From Octopus bimaculoides (Eukaryota), in NCBI RefSeq assembly GCF_001194135.2, contig NC_068981.1:107169754-107218533 (forward strand): DNA of 48,780 bases, written 5' to 3'. This document shows, piece after piece, positions 13,369 through 26,000 of this stretch. The position numbers and the translations under genes are program-made. Below the pieces are notes generated by a model. The model ran no database searches, was not told the origin of the DNA, and saw nothing but the letters and a program-made list of their open reading frames with translations. Positions within the stretch are counted from its first letter, which is position 1, and every line of letters begins with the position of its first letter.

Positions 13369-13409
13369 AGTATTGGTTAGGTCACTTGTTATGTGACCTA
13401 ACCAATACT
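13369..13409. repeat. Perfect 17-bp inverted repeat with 7-nt loop
   Basis: agtattggttaggtcac (13369-13385) - ttgttat - gtgacctaaccaatact (13393-13409). Confidence 0.9.
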
Positions 13410-13707
13410 GAGCTTATACTGTTGTGGTTACATGCATGTAAATATAGCTAAGGGAATAACTCTTCAACCTAAACCCCAAGACAGTATTAGCTGTTATTAG
13501 CATTCTAAAGGGAAATTTGTTGGAAACTAATTTTTGCAACTGTATTTTCAATTGCTTTTTTTTTTTTACCACTCCAAATTTCCACTTAGACAATACTTTT
13601 ACTAAAATGGCTATTAGAATTTTTGATGAAAGAAATAACTTCCGATAGTCATATAAGTATAGTTTTTTTTTTTAGAATGTTTCATACTAGATAATAAATT
13701 ATTTAGA

Positions 13708-13741
<34 letters not shown>

Positions 13742-13828
13742 GTTATTTTGAAATTTAATATTAACCATTTTGAAACTTATTTTCACAATATTTGCAATGT
13801 TTATTAACATTCTAATTTTGTTTTGCAG

Positions 13829-13907
13829 ACATTGAGCTTAAAACATGTAAATAGTAACCAGTGTTTGGATAAACCCAGTCCTGATGATTCTGACACACCT
13901 AGCATAG
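13829..13907 (+). CDS. GALNT1: GALNT1/13-like penultimate coding exon (ricin-B gamma repeat, first part)
   Basis: ttttgttttgcAG acceptor at 13827-13828 and GTaagt donor at 13908; 79 nt, phase 0/1. Translates [26 protein letters not shown]+G, matching GALNT1 [25 protein letters not shown] and continuing in frame from the 456-590 exon. Confidence 0.93.
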
Positions 13908-15628
13908 GTAAGTTTGAATGTATGTAAAGTAAGAATACACTAATCCAATCAAAGAGGTCTTGTATGTTGTCATTGATGGTTTGTAAATGATACCTCACTT
14001 TAAATTCACTTGATGCATTGGATGGTGGGGGTGAGCTGATTGATGAACAAGCAGAAAACCAGATCCCAAGGAAAGTGGTGATAATTTACATAGACAAAAA
14101 TTCATCTGTAAGAGGATTCATAGAATTCACTTAGTTTGGTTTGCCATGAGGAGTGAATGGATCTAACAATAGTGAGTCCCTGCCCTTTTAAGAGAGCCAG
14201 AGTGAAAGAATATATAGCCATGTTGTTATGTTGGTCACAAAATAGTGAGAGAAGAATGGAATAGAATGGGGAACCAGTGGAAAGTAATGGGTGTATGGGG
14301 TGAAAATGGAAGAAATAAACAGCCAGGGTGGGTGATGTAGAAGAAAGGTAGGGGAACTCAGTTGAAATAGGTGAGGTGAAGGCCATATGAAATAAGGTAT
14401 GATATAGTACTGAGACAGACATGCCAGCATGGAAAACAGATGTTAAAAGGATAATGATGATGATGATGGTAACAGCATGAGTGGGAACATGTGGACAAAA
14501 GAAAATGCTTGGAAACAAGGAGGGTATAAAGTAAAGGAATGATAGAGGAAGCTTGCAGAGAAGTAAAGAGTGATCATGATGTGAGGAATTTAGAGACTGA
14601 AAGATTGCATAATGTAAGTTAGTGGGGGATGGACAGAAATGTAAAGTAGTCTGTGACAGGAGGTGTGGATAGCAGAAAAATACAATACAATCAAAAATAA
14701 AATGTTCATCATATAATGGCCAGACAGTTTTGAGGATGGAAACTGAGAGTTAAGACAGATATTAAGTCTCTGTGGAGCAAATGTACCCAGACTGACATTG
14801 ACACTCGTGAACAAACTAGATTTCATAACTGATTACTACATATTACAGTGATGTTTTATTCAAATTGATTGAGAGATTCTGTCACCTTGATGGCTGGTCA
14901 GTGATGGACAAATTGTAAAATGCTTATGAAAATATTTATTATTACTGAAGATAAAGGATTTTCTTCCCGTTTAAAAGAAAATGATAGGAGAATAGATTGT
15001 GAGATATACTTAGATCATAAGTAAGGTTATGTTGGAATGGAACAAGTGTCAATAAAGATAAAGTGTAATCCTTGATGTGGATTAAAAGGATTTAATCTCA
15101 ATTTCATATGACTGATAATAATTGAAAATAAAAAGCAGCTAGATAAAAAAGAGAAAAGAAAAATTTGCTTATTACCTGAGAAAACTGGTACTTTATAGTA
15201 ACTAGATTAGATGTAAGTCGAAAGAATATTTAAGTAGTTGACTTAGTAACTGCATTTAATAGGTACAATTCAAGTAGAAATATTATTTCAACTCATGTCT
15301 ATTGATTTCAGAAGCTTTAAATACTTACTGAGATAAAAACCCATGCTAAGTTCAAATTGTATGTTTAGTCCAGGCCAGTTTTGATAGAGCAAAGAGGCCT
15401 ATGGTTGTCAAAGGCATTCCAGCTGTAACTACAATTTTGGACCTTAGACATAGTATATCTAGTATTAATTATCAAATGAGTCCTTCTTTTTTGATAGTAA
15501 CTTGGCTTCTATTTTTAGTAGGTTAGATGACATTATATGACAGATTGCTTGATAAGGTAACTGTCACTAAAGCTCTGTGATGGTCTTCATTGAAGAATCT
15601 GTTATAATTAAGTTAATTAACAGGGATT

Positions 15629-16322
15629 GTCAATGTGAATACCCGTCAGAGTGTAAGTATCTTGAGAGAAAAGCTGAACATTAGAAGCATCAGTTGTGGC
15701 GTGCAAGAGAGACGATTGCGCTGGTATGGACATGTGGTGAGAATGGATGAGGATAGCTGCGTGAAAAAGTGCCACACCCTAACAGTTTAGGGAACCCGTG
15801 GAAGAGGTAGGCCCAGGAAGACCTGGGCTGAGGTGGTGAGGCAAGACCTTCGTACATTGGGCCTCACCGAGGCGATGACTACTGACCGAGACCTTTGGAA
15901 ATGTGNNNNNNNNNNNNNNNNNNNNNNNNNNNNNNNNNNNNNNNNNNNNNNNNNNNNNNNNNNNNNNNNNNNNNNNNNNNNNNNNNNNNNNNNNNNNNNN
16001 NNNNNNNNNNNNNNNNNNNNNNNNNNNNNNNNNNNNNNNNNNNNNNNNNNNNNNNNNNNNNNNNNNNNNNNNNNNNNNNNNNNNNNGGCACATAAAAGAC
16101 ACCATTTCGAGCGTGGCCGTTTTCTTGCGGGTGACATGTAAAAGCACCCACTACACTCTCTGAGTGGTTGGCGTTGGGAAGGGCATCCAGCTGTAGAAAC
16201 TCTGCCAAATTAGACTGGAGCCTGGTGTTGCCATCCGGTTTCACCAGTCCTCGGTCAAATCGTCCAACCCATGCTAGCATGGAAAGCGGACGTTAAACGA
16301 TGATGATGATGATGATGATGAT
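15629..16322 (+). mobile_element. RTE-clade LINE, 5'-truncated 3' fragment (contains gap)
   Basis: Encodes ...WYGHVVRMDEDSCVKKCHTL...GRPRKTWAEVVRQDLRTLGLTEAMTTDRDLWK; 3' UTR ends ccatgctagcatgg...(GAT)n. Confidence 0.88.
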
Positions 16323-16551
16323 ACCATAGCTCATTGAAAACTGTTTCTGAATAAACTCTGGGCTTACTCACTTTGAAACTATATAAAAAGTTGTTAACAG
16401 TAGAAACTGCTCCACTACAAGAACATCAGAAACTCATTGGAATTACTAAAAAATAGATCTAAATTGAGGAATTCGGTTAATTTTTGGAATTTAATTTATT
16501 TCAATGTCTGAAATGGTTAATGGATTTAAATTTTCTGTGTGGTGCTCTCAA

Positions 16552-16762
16552 CCCTTTAGCATTTAAATCAGTCATATCCAGCCCAAATATTCTACCTGTC
16601 TTATGTTCAACCATCCAGATCTGGCCACTCACTACAATGTCATTCTAAAAATAAACATTCACATCATTAAAATTGCAATACTGCAAGATAATTCATGATT
16701 AACTCAAAACAATATGATTAAATAAGCATTACATTTAACAGAATAATCTGAATGCTAAAGAA
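16552..16762. mobile_element. piggyBac-like MITE
   Basis: Termini (t)caa|CCCTTTAGCATT ... AATGCTAAAGaa|TTAA, i.e. degenerate CCCT..AGGG TIRs with TTAA-like flanks; ~210 bp, non-coding, ~140 bp upstream of the last GALNT acceptor. Confidence 0.65.
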
Positions 16763-16899
16763 TTAAATACTATTTAATTAAAAGCTGTGCTTGCAAAACT
16801 GAGGTTTCATGTTTTCTTTCTAAACAAATGATTAAAGTATAAGCTTTATTTTGATTTTATTTATTTATAAAACTTTTTTTCTTTTCTTTTTTTTTTAAG

Positions 16900-16958
16900 G
16901 GAACTGTAATAACAGCCCAAGCCAACAGTGGATACTTACAGACATGAAATGGCAGTGA
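16900..16958 (+). CDS. GALNT1: GALNT1/13-like terminal coding exon with stop codon
   Basis: Long polypyrimidine tract plus AG at 16898-16899; phase 1 completes a Gly codon. Reads GNCNNSPSQQWILTDMKWQ* (TGA 16956-16958), matching GALNT1 RDCNGSRSQQWLL. Confidence 0.92.
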
Positions 16959-17564
16959 GAATTGTTCTAGACATTTGGGGTGTCAAAAGTTAGGTTTGAT
17001 CTGGAGAGTTGGCAGTGAGGAAAAGAATTGGAGTTGGATTGACACTAATGCTACCTGTTGCCTCTTTGTTATACGTTTTGTTCTTCTTAATCTTGAATAT
17101 ATCATCTTCAACCTCACAAACATTCCTGTGATAATAATGTACAAACTACAGAAAGCTGTGGCAACAGCAGCGACAACAAGAAAGAAATAATGAGATGAAT
17201 CAATACAAATTACAATGAGAGAAAATGAAAGAAATCAACAGTCTGTTAGAGAAGGGAAAATTATATTTAGTCTGACCTATTCTTATTAATGTGAGCCCCA
17301 TTTCCCCTTTCTCATTAATTAACAAGACCCCAGAACCACCACCCTGTTATATCCCTTCCCTACCACAAATTACTTTTTAGTTGTTACTGTTGTCAAATAA
17401 CAAGCTGCCGACCCAGTGACTGACCTCGCTCTATATTTGTGTATCTGCATACATGTGTACATCTGTGCCTTTTTCATAGATGCATATGTATACATATACA
17501 TGTGTGCATGCATGCACACACATACACAGTGCACATACATACACAAGCAAAATGACAAACATAC

Positions 17565-17607
<43 letters not shown>

Positions 17608-18158
17608 AATGGAGCCATTGCTTGTCATAGACAATTTTGACTTTCATTACAACACTTTTTGCCCTTTTAAGTTTGGAATAAATTTTCTTATACTATAACA
17701 GAGCAATTCCTGCCACATCACCTAGACACAGGAGACACATGCAAAATATAAAACAAAAAAAACTTGTCCTATTGTAGTAAAAAAACAGACCTCCTTTTCC
17801 CAATAAAATCACACCCACACTCACCACATCCTTAGCCAATCGTTCACAAAATGCTGGAAATAGCATAGACAACAGTAATGTGATTGAAATTTTTAAATTT
17901 ATAAAAAAAAAATATTATTTCAATTAAAACCAACAAAGAAGAAGGAGGAGGAGAGACAATCTGTGTTTTGTGCGAGTGAAAAAAAAATCTCTTAAAATTA
18001 GCTCACATTGTTAGACATGTATATGGTATTTCTTGGAATATATTGCGTTCAACTCAGTGAAAAATGGGCTGCATTACTGCTACTGAGTAGATTACTCATC
18101 CTTATCATCTTCATCTCCATTAAACTCTATGAAGGATATTGCCTGACTACATGATTGG

Positions 18159-18205
<47 letters not shown>

Positions 18206-18621
18206 CATATATTTGTGGCTTTAAACGATAGGAAGTTAACAAATAAAGTATTTCAATTTGGGATCAATTCTAGGGGTTTTTTCTGTTTTTTTTTTTTTTT
18301 CTCTCTCTTTTCCTTTTTTGTTTTGACTTGGTCTCACGCACATACGAATTGTCTGTGCGTGCCTAAGAGCAAGAAAAGGCGTCTAACAAACCAGACATTA
18401 TTCAAGGGATGTAACTCCTGTATCAATGGTGTAAATTTTTTTTTAAGGGAGGCTACTTTTGGCAGTTTCTTTACTTGGTCATTCTGCTGTGGAGTTGTCC
18501 TTATTTTTGGCAAATGTTTCTTACAAACTAACAGTCAAACATCTAACTAAGCTGTTGGATTGGTTTTCATGAATCTTTGTAAATACTATTCTGTAATAGT
18601 TTTGTTAAAAACGAAAATAAA
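16959..18621 (+). other. Probable 3' UTR of the GALNT gene (end not determinable)
   Basis: Follows the stop codon; AATAAA hexamers at 17677, 17802, 18242 and 18616. No transcript evidence, so the end coordinate is only indicative. Confidence 0.4.
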
Positions 18622-20180
18622 AGAAATTCAAATTTCCTGTAGCTTCTGAAAATTTATGAGTGTATATATGTAACATCTATTATCATACCTTAAATGAGAC
18701 AGTTGATTGGTATTTTCCAATCATTTTGGTTTCTTTTCCAAAAGTTAATATACATTTCTAGATGAGATCCTACTTCAGTCATACATATTCAGCTCTAATT
18801 GTGTTACATCATAGTTCTGTTTTTTAGGGGTTTTTTTTTTTTTTTTTTTTTTTTTGGTTTATTGAATTTGTTCAGTATTCCTTATATCATAATGTTATTT
18901 TTTGGTAAATGGGTTCTGTCATTCGTAAGTATAGGAAAGTATGTGTGGGTTATTGATGCCATAAAAATCCTACAGGACATCCATTTTGCCATACAAAGAT
19001 ACCGTGTGACAATTGATTCAGATGCAATAGTAAAACTGTATGTAATCTCACTAAAGTCAGGTTTTGTACCAATGTGTGTCTGAGAGAGAGGTGGAGAGAT
19101 ATATGATTAATTATAATTAAGTCATTTCCATTGAGATTTTTCATTTGGAATTGAAGAATACTAAATGAAATCATTTATTGAAGGGACATATTAACACACT
19201 GAGGCAGTTCCAGCAAGATTGAAAATTAGGTTGTGCTTTGCTCAAATTTACACAAAAATAAAAGTTTCATGATAAAAATCCTATCAACCAAACGAACTAT
19301 TGTTAAAATTGACTAGATTATTTGGTTATTTGGATTTTTAATATGACTGCCCTTATCACTGTAAAATTTAATCCTGTTGTAGTTTTATTGGCCTTTTTTT
19401 ATTAATGCACTTTTTAATATGACTTATTTTATTTATTTTTTCTTTATTGGAATATAGCTGCTTTGTTACACTTTTTGGCCTACTAAAATATCTTCTCTTT
19501 AAAATCATCTGAATATTTTGATGACTTTTAGAAAGTTATTTGATTATTTTTCAAGCCTCTAATGCTTTTTTAATATCAGTCCACCAGTTTATATTTCTAA
19601 GTTAAATATTTTATTTCATTTCCAAAGTTTTAGCTTACACTTATCTTCAAATATTTCTCTCTTGAAACTGTTACTTAACAATTCTCCTGCCTACATACAT
19701 ATACACTCATATTGTGGAGGAATGTTATAGAATACGAATTTGGCTTGAACAAGTGAATGATGCAAATTCAGACTGTACATTCAGGATTGTAAAAGCAAGA
19801 ATTAATTTTTGTCAAATATTTTTATTCCTGAGTCAGTCTTTACATCAGAATATTCTTTTCATATCATCTTCATCCTCATCCATTTTTTTTTAATGAGTTT
19901 TCTTGCAAACGTTAAAGCAGAATAAAAACAATTGTTTGGGGTAAGTTTTTATTATGTTGTTCTTGTTGCTTATATCTGACTTTAACCATCTTCATTGTTA
20001 TTTTAATAATAAAAGAGATAGGAAAAGCACTGAATGTTTCAGTAAAAACTGTTTTCATTTATTTATGCATTAAAAGACAACCTGGTTGTATACTAGAATT
20101 TTAGTTCTGTCCCATTCTTGTTTCAGTTTACCACTGCTGCTTTGAGATTTCATTTCACTACTAATAATCTTTTTTTATTA

Positions 20181-22980
20181 AGGCAGCAAGTTAGGAGAAT
20201 CACTAGCATGCCAGGCACAATGCTCAACAGCATTCCTTCCTGCTTTATGTTCTGAGTTTGGATTCTACCAAGGCCAACTTTGCTTCCATCCTTTCAGAGT
20301 CAATATAATTGACTTAACTCCCCCCCCCCAAGGTTGCTGGCCTTATGCCAAAATTTGAAACCAATATTATTAATCAGCATGAAAAAGGTGATGAGCTGGC
20401 ATAATTCTTATCAAGTTGGTCAAAATGCTTAACAGTATTTATTCTTGTTCTTTACATTCTGAGTTCAAATACTGTTGAGGTCAACTTTGCTTTTCATTCT
20501 TTCAGGGTTGATAAAATAATGTCAGGTACTTGGGTTGATAAATCACTCCCTAATTGCTGGCTTTGTGCTAAAATTTTAAACAATTATTAACACAAAGAGG
20601 AAAGTGGATTGGCAGAATCATTAGAGTGTCAAGTGAAATGCCTTGCAGTATTAGTTTTGACTTTTTACTTTATGAGTTCAAATCCTGCTGACGACGACTT
20701 CATTTTTAATCTGTCTATGATTTAGAAATTAAAGCAGCAGTCAAATACTGAGATTGATTTTAATTGACTAACTCCTCTTCCCACTTCAGTGACCTTCCAA
20801 TTACCATGAATTTCCAGTGGATGGTGGAATTGGTAAAGGGCTTGACAAAATGTCTAGCAGTATCTAGTTACATATCTCTTAGTTTCTTTCAGAACATGTC
20901 TTACCGGGGCTAACTTTGCCTTCTAATCTTCCAATGGTGGTAGAATAGGTTGTAAATAAGTTATAAAGGAGTTGATTCAGCCAGTCATTCCCTTGCTCCC
21001 TATAACCTTACAACATTGTACCAATGAAAGATATCATAATTATTTATCTTCATTCTTAGTATTTTACTAACTCTTCCTGTACATATTTTAAAATTAGAAC
21101 AATTTCAATTATTTTAGGGGTGTTAGATGCCAAAATCTGACAAAATACCTGAATCCTTTATGTTCTGAGGTCAACTGAGCCTTTCAGTTGGCAGAAATAT
21201 TAACACACCAGATAAAATGCTTAGCAGCATTTCGTCTTTCATAATGTTCTGAGTTCAAATGCTGCTAAGGTGTACTTTGCTTTTCATCCTTTTAGGACCG
21301 ATAAAATAAGTACCAGTTTATTACTAAGGTTGATGCTTAGCTGCATTTTGTCTGGCTTTACATTCCGATTCAAATTCCACTGAGGTTGACTTTGCCTTTC
21401 ATCTTTTTGGAGTCAATAAAATAATTAACAGCTTGGCACAAGAGTAGATGTAATCCACATAACTTCTTGCTCAATATCGCTGGCCTTGGGCCAAAAATTT
21501 GAAGCCAATGGTGGTGAGCTGGCAGAATTATTAGCATACCAAGCAAAATACTTAGCATCATTTCTTCCTGCTTTACATTTTGATTTCAAATTCTGCCAAG
21601 ATCAACTTTGCCTGTCATTCTTTCAGGGTCAATAAAATAAGTACCAGTTGAGCACTGAGGTTGATGTAATTGACTTAACCCCTCCCCCGAACTTGCTGGC
21701 CTTCTGCGAAAACTTGAACCATTATTATTTACATAGTAAGTTGGCAGAATTGTTAGCATGCCAGACAAAATGCTTAGCAGCATTTCATCCATCTTTACAT
21801 TCTGAGTTCAAATTCTGCCAAGGTGAACTTTGCCTCTCATCCTTTCGAGGTCAATGTAATTGATTTGTCCCTTCCCCCAAAAGTTCATGCTGTGTGCCTT
21901 TAATAGAAACAATTATTTATGAATGTGACAAGCTGGCAGAATTGTTAGCTCACCAGACAAAATGTTTGATGACATTTCTCCAAGCTCTTTTTGTTCTGAG
22001 ATGAGATCTCATCAAAGCTGTTTGCCTTTTATCCTTTCAGAGTTCATAAAATAAGTACCAGTTGAGCACAGTTGATGTAATCAACTCTCACTAAAATTGT
22101 TAGCCTTGAGCTAGAAATTAGAAAGAATCTTAAGCATGCTGGGAAACACTAGGGTTGATGTAATCAACTAGTTCCCTTTCCCCAAATTTCAGGCCTTGTG
22201 TCTTTATTAGAAAGGTCACCTTCCTGGCATGTGAAAAGACATTCGAATCGAGATTGTTGCCAGCGCCGCTGGACTGGCTCCTGTGCAGGTGGCACGTAAA
22301 CGCACCCACTACACTCTCAGAGTGGTTGGCGTTAGGCAGGGCATCCAGCTGTAGAAACTCTGCCAAATCAGTTTGGAGCCTGATGTAGCCACCTGGTTCA
22401 CCAGTCCTCAGTCAAATCGTCCAACCCATGCTAGCATGGAAAGCGGACATTAAATGATGATGATGATGATGATTATTAAGAAGGTGAGTTGCCAGAATCG
22501 TTAGCACACTGGACATAATGTTTAGCAGTATTTCACCAGTCTCTACATTCTGAATTCAAATTCTGCTAAGGTTGACTTTACCTTTCATACTTTCAGGGTC
22601 AACATGACCAACTATCCCTCTCCCCACAAACTCCAGGCCTTATGCCTATAGTAGGAAGGATTATTATTAAGGCAGTGAGCTGGCAGAACTGTTAGCATGT
22701 TAGCTTAGTGATATTTCATCAGTCTTTACATTCAGAGTTCAAATTCTGCCAACGTTGACTTTGCTTTTCATCCTTTTTGGTGTCAATAAAATGAGTACAA
22801 GTTGAATACTGAGGTTGTTTTCCACTAGCCCTCATCCCCTGAATTTGCTTGCACTGTGCCATTCATCCTTAAGGGGTCAATAAACTAAGCATCAGTGAAA
22901 CACTCGAGTCAATGTAATCAACTAGTCCTCTCCTGACACATTTCAGGTTTTGTGCCTTTAGTAGAAAGGATTATTATTAA
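20181..22980 (+). mobile_element. Cluster of at least 12 same-orientation tRNA-derived SINE copies and fragments
   Basis: Repeated units gagctggcagaat..ttagca..aaatgcttagc..tttacattctgagttcaaattctgcc..gactttgcctttcatcctttc.gggtc.ataaaataagtaccagttgag, starting near 20181, 20385, 20600, 20815, 21186, 21336, 21510, 21735, 21925, 22478 and 22672, plus tail-only pieces. Confidence 0.85.
22245..22473 (+). mobile_element. RTE LINE 3' end only, inserted within the SINE cluster
   Basis: ctggctcctgtgcaggtggcacgtaaa...gggcatccagctgtagaaactctgcc...ccatgctagcatggaaagcggacattaaat(GAT)n. Confidence 0.85.
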
Positions 22981-23589
22981 TTTAATATAATGGACTAAAA
23001 TGTTTAGAAAATTTGGGGGTAAAATAAAAATTACAAAATAGGTATTTGTATGATTTGTTTTGTTTTGTTTTGTTTTTGTCTAGTACAAGGGTTCAGTTAT
23101 TTAGAAACCATGTCCAACAACAAAAGTTTTCATACTCTTATTTGAAGCAAGTTCCAGTAGCTGGTTTACTTGAGAAAGTTTTAGTTGTAACTTCTAAAGA
23201 ATGCATATCTTTTTCAAGACCTATTTCTGCTTTCTCATGGCTCAAGCTCATTTTAAAATCCCAAGATTATAGGTCTGATCCCATTGTAAGATACCTTGAA
23301 CAAGTATTTTCTAGTCTTGGGTTAATCTCTATCTTGTGGGTGGAATTTAGCTGTTAGAAACTGTGCCAAAGCCCATGTGTGTATGTAATGAGTGAAAGAT
23401 GTAAAGATAGCCAAGGAAGGCAATGTCTATGAGATGCTGCTACACACAAATGAGTTGGATGGCTGTCTTTTGACTCCTGACAGAGTCATAGGAGCATTGT
23501 CATGATGTATAGTTTGTCTTGGGCATTTCATATCTGGTGGAGCTCATCCTTCTCCAACTTTGATTTTAGTCAATTTTTTTTTCAGAAAG

Positions 23590-23750
23590 AAAGAAAGAAA
23601 AATCAACACTCATACTGGACTGAAATTTCATTTATCAAGAATGAAAAATAAATTTGACCTTGGTAGGATTTGTACTCAGAGTATAAAGAGCTATAAAAAG
23701 TACCACAAAACACTCTGCCCAACATCCTAACGACTTTTCCAATTCATTAC
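23590..23750 (-). mobile_element. tRNA-derived SINE, degenerate minus-strand copy
   Basis: Reverse complement reads gaattggaaaagtcgttagga..tactctgagtacaaatcctaccaaggtcaaattt..ttcattcttgataaatgaaatttcagtccagta. Confidence 0.55.
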
Positions 23751-23769
23751 ATGTACTAATATCCTAGAC

Positions 23770-24090
23770 CCAGCCTAAAAGAAAGCCAAAGAATCAGTCA
23801 CCAATGGCTTCAATTCCTGTTTCAAAAGTATGCTGTTTTTTCTATCTGCCACTTCTGTCCCTACTGCTACAGCCTCTCCTCTGCTGAACAAGCTTTCTGC
23901 ATACTCATAATTTCACCTCTTGGGCCTAGTATTCTCATCTATGTCTTTTCTCATTGGCTTTGCTGAGTTTCACTAAACATTTCTACCCAGAACAGTCATC
24001 ATCTGGAATTCCTGGTTCCCTAAATTTTTCACTGACATTCTACTGCAGATATTCAAGCTGAACAAGAACCACATCAATCTCAGTAAACTG
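23770..24090 (+). mobile_element. Old CR1/L2/Jockey-group LINE 3' coding remnant
   Basis: Frame reading FLPRTVIIWNSWFPKFFTDILLQIFKLNKNHINL resembles the FFPRTxxLWNSLP...LQxFK C-terminal motif of these LINEs; heavily degraded. Confidence 0.45.
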
Positions 24091-25241
24091 AAAGGGTTTG
24101 TGAAGGTCATAGGCACTGCTTTTCTACTAATTTTTTTCTTTTTTTAATTGTACGTTATACATGCAAAAATGGAACATTTATTTACATCTAAAATATGTAA
24201 CAAATAGCTCGGAAATAATTATCAAAAAGGCAATTTAAAAGAAAATTTTTGAATATTTTAATTACATATTAGGAATATTAAGAAAACAGAAAACTCAATA
24301 AGGAATTAAATTTTGTTTAAATTTTTAAACAAACACTGAAAATAAGATTTATCTTTCAGTTATTTCAATTACATAATAGCCAAAGCCGTAAAATTTGACC
24401 TTTGCACTTTTTACGAATTTCATTCTTCGGAGCGAATTTCATTCTGCGACCCCCACTGCGAAAATGTTATATTCCATTATACTGTCCTGGGCTGTTCTAT
24501 ATACTCATCAAATGTTTTTAAGTTTACCAGAGTTATTTACCCTTTATGGGCTTAACGGAATATAATACGCAAATTTTATTTTAATATATCAAAAAATTGC
24601 CATGTGTGTAATGTGGCCTGATTATGGATGTAACACTGAGAGTCTGATAATCATATGTCTGCTAGGCACAATAATTGTTGCTAACAATAAAACATTGAAA
24701 ACAAGCCACGCTATCAGAGCCCATTAGTGTAAACATTATTTAATAACTGTGTTACCTTTAAGAATGATTTTGTTAATTATCTAAAGGAACATTCTCCCAG
24801 AAAGCTGAAAGGAATGTTAAACTCTCAGCATGTTGGTTATTTGCAATGAGTAGATGACAACAAAACTATAGGGATAGTGTATCAAACTGGTAGCTATAAG
24901 TGGTAACACAAAACACCACAGCCAAAACTACAAGTTTTTCATGTATAGCAATTCTGTTACAATATATACAACTCTTGAAATGGGGTAATTTTGAATTGCA
25001 TTACTCACATAACTTAGTGTATATATGATAAATTTATGGTTTTATACTTTATTCCAATATATTGTTACCACATTATATTTACATGTTTAGAATCATACAT
25101 TTCTCCCCTACAAAATCACTTCAAAATATCTTTCAATAAGTGTATGATGAAACCTACTAAATTCATTTTTTCTAATAATTATACTAAATTAAACAATTGC
25201 ATAAATCAACTTAGAACCTTTTACATATATATATTTATATG

Positions 25242-26000
25242 CAGAGGTGGGCACCGTTAATCGAAAAGCTAACTTCGTTAACCGTTAATCCGTTACTCAA
25301 AAAGTTAACATTCATTAATCATTAATTCTTTGAAAATGTAATGGAAGTTAACGTTAACTTTTATTGAAAAAAGGCATAACTACAGTTTAATAGCCCACCG
25401 ACTTTGTTACCTCATAACTTCCAGAAAAATGAAAACCTTTTAATGAAATTTTCACCAAATAATCGCGTATATCCTCTAGATTGAATGTATGTAAAGGTTT
25501 ATTGTAAAAAATTTTCTGAGGGGTTGGGGTGAAGAGTTTCAGAAAATTCACAGGACCCGACAGTTTTCCCCCTCATAACTTTCTAGAAAATAGGTATTTT
25601 TTATTAAAATACTTTTCAAATGGTATAGATTGCAATTACAAAGAAATTTGTAGGCAAAATTTTTCAAAGTGGGCGGGTGGGAGGAGTTTCAGGAAAACGG
25701 AGTTTTGGATCAGACAGCCCACATAAGTTGGAATTTCTCTGCTTTGACGGGGATTTTTTCCAATGTTTTTCACCAAAGCCTTCAGAATGGCAGGAGGCAG
25801 CTTTCCACAAAAAAATTTTGTAATTTTTTTCACTCCTGCCACTCCTTCACCACCCAAGTCCAAAACGATTTTGGCTATTTTTTTTTACTATGCATTTAAA
25901 ACCCGTGAGAGAAACATTTTCGGTTTCAAAAAAATTTTGGCGGAAAATGTGTGATTTAAGGGAGATCTGGCTGTTGTTTTTAGCACATCCCCAAACCTCC
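25242..26000. mobile_element. Non-autonomous DNA-transposon-like element (hAT-like left end)
   Basis: Starts CAGAGGTGGGCACCGTTAA..GTTAAC; CpG-rich relative to its flanks; two diverged ~160-bp direct repeats beginning ctcataactt at 25411 and 25572. No matching right TIR found. Confidence 0.4.
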
